From Octopus sinensis (Eukaryota): a DNA stretch of 6,486 nucleotides. The stretch's first letter is position 1. Each line of letters opens with the position of its first letter. Positions 1-6,486 of this stretch are shown here, piece after piece. The position numbers and the translations under genes were made by a program. The notes beneath the pieces were generated by a model, which worked only from the letters and a program-made list of their open reading frames with translations, was not told where the DNA came from and made no database searches. Location of the stretch: contig NW_021829335.1 of assembly GCF_006345805.1 (NCBI RefSeq), positions 1 to 6,486 of the forward strand, in the 5' to 3' direction.

Positions 1-7
1 AACATAG

Positions 8-92
8 GGCAGCGAGCTGGGAGAGTCGTTAGCACTCCGGGAAAAATACTTAACGGCATTTCGTCCGTCTTTACATTCTAAGTTCAAATTCC
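8..92 (+). mobile_element. 5' head of a tRNA-derived SINE (octopus OK-like family), truncated just after the B box
   Basis: GGCAGCGAGCTGGGAGAGTCGTTAGCAC...GTTCAAATTCC aligns with the reverse complement of 625-709. Pol III B box GTTCAAATTCC at 82-92 and degenerate A box near 18-28. Family name is from recall only. Confidence 0.8.
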
Positions 93-253
93 TGGCAGAG
101 GTGAGGGCGCCTTTGGGCCTCTGTTTCTCCCCCACCAACGCTTGACAACCCATGTTGGCGTATTTACGTCCCTGTAATATATCAGTTCGGCAAAATAAAA
201 AATATAGAACCAAGTACCAGGCTTAAAAGAAACACTGGGCCGATTCATTAGAC
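93..253 (+). repeat. Direct repeat of 1714-1874; degenerate 3' body of a second SINE family
   Basis: 161-bp match to 1714-1874, roughly 90% identical by eye. CGCTTGACAACC...TTTACGTCCC...GTTCGGCAAAA resembles an abundant octopus SINE body (recall). Confidence 0.8.
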
Positions 254-292
254 CAAAAATTTCGTCCCTTTGGTACCGGTAAAATAAATACT

Positions 293-473
293 TATTTCTT
301 TATTACCCACAAGGGGCTAAACATAGAGGGAACAAACAAGGACAGACATAGGTATTAAGTCGATTACATCGACCCCAGTGCGTAGCTGGTACTTAATTTA
401 TCGACCCCGAAAGGATGAAAGGCAAAGTCGACCTCGGCGGAATTTGAACTCAGAACGTAGCGGCAGACGAAAT
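293..473 (-). mobile_element. 5'-truncated SINE unit (3' member of a head-to-tail dimer)
   Basis: About 95% identical by eye to 480-660, period ~186 bp. Keeps the B box (439-449, minus strand) but lacks the A-box head. Confidence 0.85.
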
Positions 474-709
474 AATACCTATTTCTTTAATACCCACAAG
501 GGGCTAAACATAGAGGGAACAAACAAGGACAGACATAGGTATTAAGTCGATTACATCGACCCCAGTGCGTGACTGGTACTTAACTTATCGACCCCGAAAG
601 GATAAAAGGCAAATCGACCTCGGCGGAATTTGAACTCAGAACGTAATGGCAGGCGAAATACGGCTAAGCATTTCGTCCGACGTGCTAACGGTTCTGCCTG
701 CTCGCCACC
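474..709 (-). mobile_element. Full-length tRNA-derived SINE (octopus OK-like), 5' member of the dimer
   Basis: Minus strand reads GGTGGCGAGCAGGCAGAACCGTTAGCACG...GTTCAAATTCCGCCGAGGTCG...; B box at 625-635. AAATAAATACT at 282-292 and 713-723 flanks the dimer as a candidate TSD. Confidence 0.85.
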
Positions 710-845
710 TATAAATAAATACTGGCTGAGCACTTGTTTACTGAGAATCTGTGAGAAAATTATTTTAAAAATACATTTGGCATTTTGTTGGATTGGAGTT
801 GTTTTATTAAATTATCAAATATGTCCCCAAATACCTCTTGCACCC

Positions 846-1059
846 TGTATATACACGTGGATGTGTATGTATGTAGATATATATAGCTTTAGTAACTTAT
901 ATTTGCATACATAGTGTAAGATGCGTGTGTTTAGTTGATTGTATTTATATACATATATATATTATATATATATATATATATAATATATATACACACATAT
1001 ATATATATATATAATATATATATATACATATATTATATATGTATATATATATCATATAC

Positions 1060-1109
<50 letters not shown>

Positions 1110-1165
1110 GTGTGTTTATGTGTGTGGTGTGTGTGGTGTGTGTGTGTGTGTGTGTCTATGAGTGT
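846..1165. repeat. Compound (TA)n/(TG)n microsatellite
   Basis: Imperfect (TA)n at ~945-1108 followed by (TG)n at ~1108-1155, with degenerate TA/TG sequence upstream. Confidence 0.95.
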
Positions 1166-1270
1166 GGGACTGGTTGTTGCGTGTGAGGTTTAAAGGCAAT
1201 AAACAAATGAAACTAAGAATTTCAGATGTTAACGAGATATTTGTGCCAAGAAATTGAAAAAAAACATTAC

Positions 1271-1400
1271 GCACACACACACACACGTACACACACACAC
1301 ACACGTACACACACACACACATTCAAACATCCTACATACATGGACACACACACCGACATACATATACACATATACAACAAATACATATATGTAACATATA
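1271..1400. repeat. (CA)n and degenerate (CATA)n microsatellite
   Basis: Directly visible; CA runs interrupted twice by CGTA. Confidence 0.9.
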
Positions 1401-1475
1401 CGCCAACACTTATGTATATGTTTCATATAGTAATTTTCTAAGTAGAAATATTTACAAATCTATCTCGTGATTAAA

Positions 1476-1484
1476 TGTGTGTTT

Positions 1485-1516
<32 letters not shown>

Positions 1517-1560
1517 TGAGAGAGAGAGTGTGTGTGTGTGTGTGTGTGTGTGCGTGTGTG
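1476..1560. repeat. (TG)n/(AG)n compound microsatellite
   Basis: Directly visible. Confidence 0.95.
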
Positions 1561-1713
1561 AGCGTGGAGTGGACTCAGCACGCTTCTGGCATATGCAATG
1601 TAATAATATTTTGAGCACTTTTAGGTTTTCACTATGAAACATATATATAAGTGCATACAATTACCTACCTACACAGACACAGACACACAAACACACACAC
1701 ACAGAAATATATA

Positions 1714-1948
1714 TGGCAGAGATGAGGGCGCCTTTGGGCCTCTGTTTCTTCCCCACCAACGCTTGTCAACCAGTATTGGCGTATTTACGTCCCCGTAATA
1801 TATCAGTTCGGCAAAATAAAAAGATAGAACCAAGTACCACGCTTAAAAAAAATACTGGGGCCGATTCATTAGACTAAGGATTCTTCAGTGTTATGCTCCA
1901 GCAGGGCCGCAGTGTGGTAATCGAAACGAGTAAACGGTAAAAGGAAGA
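1714..1948 (+). mobile_element. Degenerate 3' half of a SINE, including its tail region
   Basis: Homologous to 93-253 and continues with TGCTCCAGCAGGGCCGCAGT...GAAACGAGTAAACGGTAAAAGGAAGA, resembling the 3' end of an octopus SINE (recall). Confidence 0.7.
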
Positions 1949-2704
1949 CATTTTAGCGTGTATAAACGTACATTCAGATATATATACGCTCATAGATGTT
2001 TCGCCCCCACTCTCTCTCTATATATATGTATGTGTGTATGTGCGTGTCTGCGTGAAATATAGGAAGTACGAGGAAACATCAAATAATTTTAACGGCTGAA
2101 TCTACTTGGAGATGAATAAAAGCATATAATATATAGGGCTAAACATAGTGCAGCGAGAAGGGGTATCATTTCTTAATCAGTCAGCAGCTTGGAAAGTTAT
2201 AAAATGACACTTTCTTGTATCGACGGTATAGATTATAGATCTTTGATTGAATTTTTTTACGCATCAGGAAAATAATAATAAGGAAAAAAAGCTCTTTTGA
2301 AATTCCCAAGGGAGAATTTGTGCGTGTGCCGGTATGGCGAAATTAATCTTTTAGTAAGCTGAGGCAGCGTGTATGATGTAGTGTTTTCCTGTCGAACAGA
2401 GGATGCATGACTGAACAGTTCTTAAAGGATTGTATACTACCAAATACTTCCCGTAAATTATGATAAATTTTACACTGACTCTCAATTTCTAAATTTACCC
2501 TGAAAATAATGTGTTTTCCAGAAGTTTGCGGAACGATCTACTGTGTTGGTGCGAGGAACCTTTAAAGTATGCACGGTAAGCATTTTTTAGCTTGATGATG
2601 CGTTGCTGATGAAGATATCAACCCGGTATGCAAAGTCTTTTTCCTCCTGTGATTTCGCAATTGCGTAGTGGATACCTTTTGCTGTATATTTAATTGCAAT
2701 ATGT

Positions 2705-3086
2705 GGAGGCGCAATGGCCCAATGGTTAGGGCAGCGGACTCGCGGTCATAGGATCGCGGTTTCGATTTCCAGACCGGGCGTTGTGAGTGTTTATTGAGCG
2801 AAAACACCTAAAAGCTCCACGAGGCTCCGGCAGGGGATGGTGGTGATCCCTGCTGTATTCTTTCACCACAACTTTCTCTCACTCTTACTTCCTGTTTCTG
2901 TGTACCTATTTCAAGGGTCAGCCTTGTCACTCTCTGTGTCACGCTGAATATCCCCGAGAACTACGTTAAGGGTACACGTGTCTGTGGAATGCTCAGCCAC
3001 TTCCACGTTAATTTCACGAGCAGGCTGTTCCGTTGATTCGGATCAACCGGAACCCTCGTCGTCGTAACCGACGGAGTGCTTCCATC
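2705..3086 (+). mobile_element. Full-length tRNA-derived SINE (octopus OR1/OR2-like, tRNA-Arg-like head) with TSD
   Basis: A box TGGCCCAATGG at 2715-2725 and B-box-like GTTTCGATTTCC at 2759-2770, with tRNA-like spacing. TSD AATTGCAATATGT (2692-2704) / AATTGCAATATTT (3087-3099), 12/13 identical. Confidence 0.9.
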
Positions 3087-3235
3087 AATTGCAATATTTT
3101 CGCATTTTAGCATTAAGAATATTTACCCCTGCAGCAGCTTACCTTAAAGTTGGTTTTGTTATAAATATTATGGAATTTAAGCACGTTCTTCATCTGATCA
3201 TCATCTTTTCATATCGATACAACGTTATTTTGCGG

Positions 3236-3545
3236 CAGAGGTTCCCAACCATATTTTATGAACCCCTTTTGATTCTTGTTTTACTTGGGTGGACCCGTTT
3301 AGCCATTCGATCTTTTAAAAATATCCTATTGTAGTTTTATAATTAAATATTATTAGGACTTGAATAATAATTGTTAAAATATTTTGTTTATTATGGAAAT
3401 ATAACAAATTTACTGCACATAAGTTTAACTGTTCTGAAGTGCAATTCTTCTTGACCCATGAGAAAATACTATGGGACGCCCAATTTACCATATTGCATCC
3501 ATGGACGCACAAAAGTCTTTTATAGACTCCGGTTGAGAACCCCTG
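3236..3545. mobile_element. Non-autonomous hAT (Charlie-like) DNA transposon / MITE, 310 bp
   Basis: TIRs CAGAGGTTCCCAACC (3236-3250) and GGTTGAGAACCCCTG (3531-3545) are 13/15 complementary. 8-bp TSD TTTTGCGG (3228-3235) / TTTTGAGG (3546-3553), 7/8. AT-rich non-coding interior. Confidence 0.85.
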
Positions 3546-3601
3546 TTTTGAGGGAAAGCAGTTTATTGATTGTGAAGAGGTTAAAAAGATAATATCGAGT
3601 G

Positions 3602-3628
3602 TTATTATCATTATCATTATTATTATAA

Positions 3629-3660
<32 letters not shown>

Positions 3661-3699
3661 GTATTATATTATTATTATTATTATTATTATTATATTATT
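3602..3699. repeat. (TTA)n microsatellite abutting the 3' end of the retrotransposon
   Basis: Directly visible. Confidence 0.95.
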
Positions 3700-4850
3700 C
3701 AGTAGTTTTTTTTTTTTATAGCGTGCTTTCACTTCACTACCGAGCGCAGCTCTGTGTGCCTTGGGTATGTGCTGTGATTTGTTGTGATGCTTTGATGGTT
3801 ATTGTATGGAAAGTGTTCTGCGTAGGATGTGTGCAGTGTGCTAGTAGTGCAATTTTCTGTATGTTATATGTGTTTGTAAGTCCTGGTGTTTTGTTATGTA
3901 TTTGTCTGAATATTTTTTTATCATGCCTAATGCACCTACTATGATAGGAATTGTTTCTGTTTTCAGGTTCCACATTCTAGTTACCTCTGTTTCCAGGTCT
4001 TTGTATTTTGAGAGTTTCTTTTAGAGTTTCTTTTAGAGACACGTTGTCATCTGCCGGTATTGATACATCAATTAGAAAGCATTTTTTTTCTTCATGATCT
4101 CTGACAACAATATCTGGTCTGTTGGCCTTAATTTCTCTATCTGTGTGTTTCGGCATATCCCAGAGTATGGTTGCTTTCTCGTTTTCTGTGACCTTTCTGG
4201 TGTGTGCCTATACCATCTTTTTTCTGTTGTTATTTCCATAATGTTGGCATAGCTTCCAATGTATGTAGGTTCCAACTCTGTCATGTCTGTGAATATATTC
4301 CTTCTTAGCCAGGACTGGGCAGCTAGAGATAATATGATTTATTGTTTCTTGTCCATCTCCACATATTCTGCAGTTACTTGTAATATTTCTTTTCATTACA
4401 TGTTTTTGGTACTTTGGTGGGGAGGCTTTGGTCTTGTGCTGCAATTAAAAATCCCTCTGTTTCTGCTTTGAGTCCTGAGCTTCTCAACCATTGCTGGGAT
4501 TTTCTTTGTCTATTTCTTTTGCGTTTAGTTTAGTGCAGTATTTACCATGAAGGGGCTTTTCTTGCCATCGTTTTATCATGGCTCGTTGCTGTTCTATTTT
4601 TAGTTTGGATTTCATTTCTTTATAGCTTTTGTTGTTTCTTTTCATCATCTTCTTCTTCTTCTTTGTGTTTATTAGGTGGTATGATGTCTGTTTGTATTTG
4701 TCGGCTTCCTTAAATACTGAGAACAGTTTTTTGTTTTGCTCGTGTTTGCTGCTATCTGGATCAGTTTTCCTTCCTTCTGAAGTAGGTATTTTTGCAGTCC
4801 TATGGTGGTATTTTATAGTAGTTTTCCAGCTGTATAAGGCCTATACCACC
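3700..4850 (-). mobile_element. 5'-truncated R4/Dong-clade (RLE-type) non-LTR retrotransposon inserted in a (TAA)n array
   Basis: C-terminal ORF remnant plus ~100-nt 3' UTR ending A12-CTACTG-(AAT)n. TTA arrays lie immediately on both sides. Dong elements are known to target TAA repeats. Confidence 0.88.
3799..4850 (-). pseudogene. Frameshifted C-terminal part of non-LTR retrotransposon ORF: post-RT region, CCHC zinc knuckle, PD-(D/E)xK restriction-like endonuclease
   Basis: Manual translation across frameshifts gives GGIGLIQLENYY, WQEKPLHGKY, WLRSSGLKAETEGFLIAAQDQSL, CRICGDGQETINHIISSC (4372-4319), RHDRVG, ILWDMPKHTDREIKANRPDIVV (RPDI 4120-4109), LIDVSIP, KLSKYKDLE, IPIIVGALG and AHILRRTLSIQ* (stop at 3801-3799). 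Confidence 0.92.
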
Positions 4851-4904
<54 letters not shown>

Positions 4905-4956
4905 TATTATTATCATCATCATTATTATCATTATTATATTATTATTATTATTAGAC

Positions 4957-4990
<34 letters not shown>

Positions 4991-5023
4991 TATTATTATC
5001 ATTATATATTATTATTATTGTTG

Positions 5024-5061
<38 letters not shown>
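4851..5061. repeat. (TTA)n microsatellite with TCA/TTG variants
   Basis: Directly visible. Confidence 0.95.
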
Positions 5062-5063
<2 letters not shown>

Positions 5064-5069
<6 letters not shown>

Positions 5070-5562
5070 GTACTGGGAAGATATTAAAACACTTAATCGA
5101 GTGTTTATTTGATTCGATATCTGAAGGATTTTACGCTCAAGAGATGAATATTTTGCTAAGTAGATGGGATTAGGTTATCAATAATGAAGGGACTTATTAT
5201 CTTGATTAAATATATCAATTAAGACCAAAGAAAAATTTATTTCTGTTTCTTCTCATTTTCATATGTGACAGGACTTTCTAACTTTTCACTTATTACTGCA
5301 ACCAACACGGATTTGGGTCATTAGCACCAGCACAACGACCAGTACCAGAACAAGCACCACCATAATCAACACCATCACCATCATCACAACAACATCCCTA
5401 CTACCATCACAACCGTATATGTATATATACATACACCCATATATACATTTATATTACGTAAACTAACATATTGGTATCAAGTATGACATCTTATACGGAC
5501 ACGATACCTCACATTTTTAGGGGACAGGATTAAGTGTCTTAATCTCTTCCCAGTACTTCACA
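5064..5562. mobile_element. Putative TIR/foldback element, TG...CA ends flanked by TTAA
   Basis: 5061-5098 and 5528-5565 are reverse complements (36/38). TTAA at 5060-5063 and 5563-5566. The inverted repeat is certain; its mobile-element nature is inferred. Confidence 0.5.
5323..5455. repeat. Degenerate (CAN)n triplet tract followed by TA/CA dinucleotide tract
   Basis: CAC/CAG/CAA/CAT periodicity at ~5323-5414, then TATATG/CATA-like repeats. Confidence 0.75.
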
Positions 5563-5563
5563 T

Positions 5564-5604
5564 TAATAATAATGATAATAATGATAATAATAATAATAAT
5601 ATTT

Positions 5605-5635
<31 letters not shown>

Positions 5636-5726
5636 TAATAATAATAATAGTAATAATAATAATAATAATAATGATAATAATAATAATAATAATAATAATA
5701 GTAATAAATTAATTATAATAATAATG

Positions 5727-5771
<45 letters not shown>

Positions 5772-5864
5772 TATATAATAATAATGATAATAATAATAAT
5801 AATAATAATAATGATGATGATGATGATGATGATGATGATAATAATAATAATAATAATGATGATG

Positions 5865-5904
<40 letters not shown>

Positions 5905-6037
5905 TAATAATAATAATATAATAATAATAATATATAATAATAATAATAATAATGATGATGATGATAATAATGATAATAATAATGATAATGATGATGATGA
6001 TGATGATAATAATATTAATAATAATAATAATAATAAT
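5564..6037. repeat. Long (TAA)n/(TGA)n compound microsatellite
   Basis: About 470 bp of TAA with embedded TGA blocks (~5812-5838, ~5953-6007). Confidence 0.97.
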
Positions 6038-6435
6038 TGCATTTCTTTTAAAGTTCTTGCTTGTGTTTCTCTTGTATAGCAGCAGTGTTGTATTAAATTA
6101 CTGTATCTTCTGACATTTGTTTTCGGCTATTATCTCCCGCCGGTAATAACAGTGGAATAAATGAAGAAAAAGGAAAAGAAGAAAGGAAAAGATGAGAGAG
6201 GAAGAGGAGGAGTTTGAAGTGGCTCGGTGAGGATGAGGATGTGGGGAGGGTTGGGGTTAGAGTGGATGCAATGAGTAGGCAAGATGCTTTCATGAAAGAT
6301 GAAAAAAAAAAACCATCTCTTCACTTTCGTTCTCACCCACACCCTGCCTCCTCTCTTATTCTTTCAAATCCACATATGTAACCCCCACAACGCAGAAACA
6401 CATACATTCATACATGTATGCATACACATACATAT

Positions 6436-6479
6436 CTAACCCATGCCGCCATGGAAAACGGACGTGAAATGCTGATGAC
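6436..6479 (+). mobile_element. Isolated 3' tail fragment of a SINE/LINE (stem-loop plus decayed (TGA)n tail)
   Basis: CTAACCCATGCCGCCATGGAAAACGGACGTGAAATGCTGATGA contains the hairpin CCATG-CCGC-CATGG (6441-6454). It resembles a common octopus retroposon 3' end (recall). Confidence 0.55.
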
Positions 6480-6486
6480 ATGTTTA

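Noticed and set aside
293-660. Retrozyme (hammerhead-containing tandem repeat) or CRISPR array
   Set aside because: I found no CTGANGA core with a properly placed GAAA on either strand. There are only two long units, with no repeat-spacer pattern.
551-914. ORFs 551-733 and 630-914
   Set aside because: They overlap SINE and low-complexity sequence and have no recognisable motifs.
935-1660. ORFs of 65-83 aa rich in YI, CV and HT
   Set aside because: They are translations of TA/TG/CA microsatellites.
2705-2780. Functional tRNA gene
   Set aside because: The cloverleaf is imperfect, it continues into a ~300-bp SINE body, and the whole unit is TSD-flanked.
2562-3617. ORFs 2562-2807, 3089-3334 and 3315-3617
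   Set aside because: They cross SINE or MITE boundaries and show no protein-family signature.
3723-4471. Plus-strand ORFs 3723-3944 and 4259-4471
   Set aside because: Antisense shadows of the minus-strand retrotransposon ORF.
4629-6042. Poly-Leu, poly-Ile, poly-Tyr and poly-Met ORFs (4629-5063, 5713-6042, 5724-5921)
   Set aside because: Stop-free frames of TTA/TAA/TGA arrays, partly antisense to the retrotransposon.
6160-6266. Purine-rich tract and possible G-quadruplex
   Set aside because: Only three runs of three or more G; ordinary low-complexity sequence.

Overview
AT-rich, repeat-dense eukaryotic non-coding DNA. It is most likely cephalopod (Octopus), judged from my recall of the tRNA-derived SINE families; this was not database-checked. 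I see no credible intact host gene, and nearly all listed ORFs are microsatellite or antisense artefacts. In order, the window holds: a SINE cluster (head fragment, duplicated SINE body, and a head-to-tail SINE dimer inside one TSD); TA/TG/CA microsatellites; a full-length tRNA-derived SINE with a TSD (2705-3086); and a 310-bp hAT-type MITE with TIRs and an 8-bp TSD (3236-3545). Next is a 5'-truncated R4/Dong-clade non-LTR retrotransposon (minus strand, CCHC knuckle plus restriction-like endonuclease) inserted in a (TAA)n array (3700-4850). The most unusual structure is a ~500-bp segment bounded by 38-bp inverted repeats (TTAA-TG...CA-TTAA), across which the flanking microsatellite flips from (TTA)n to (TAA)n, giving a large foldback.
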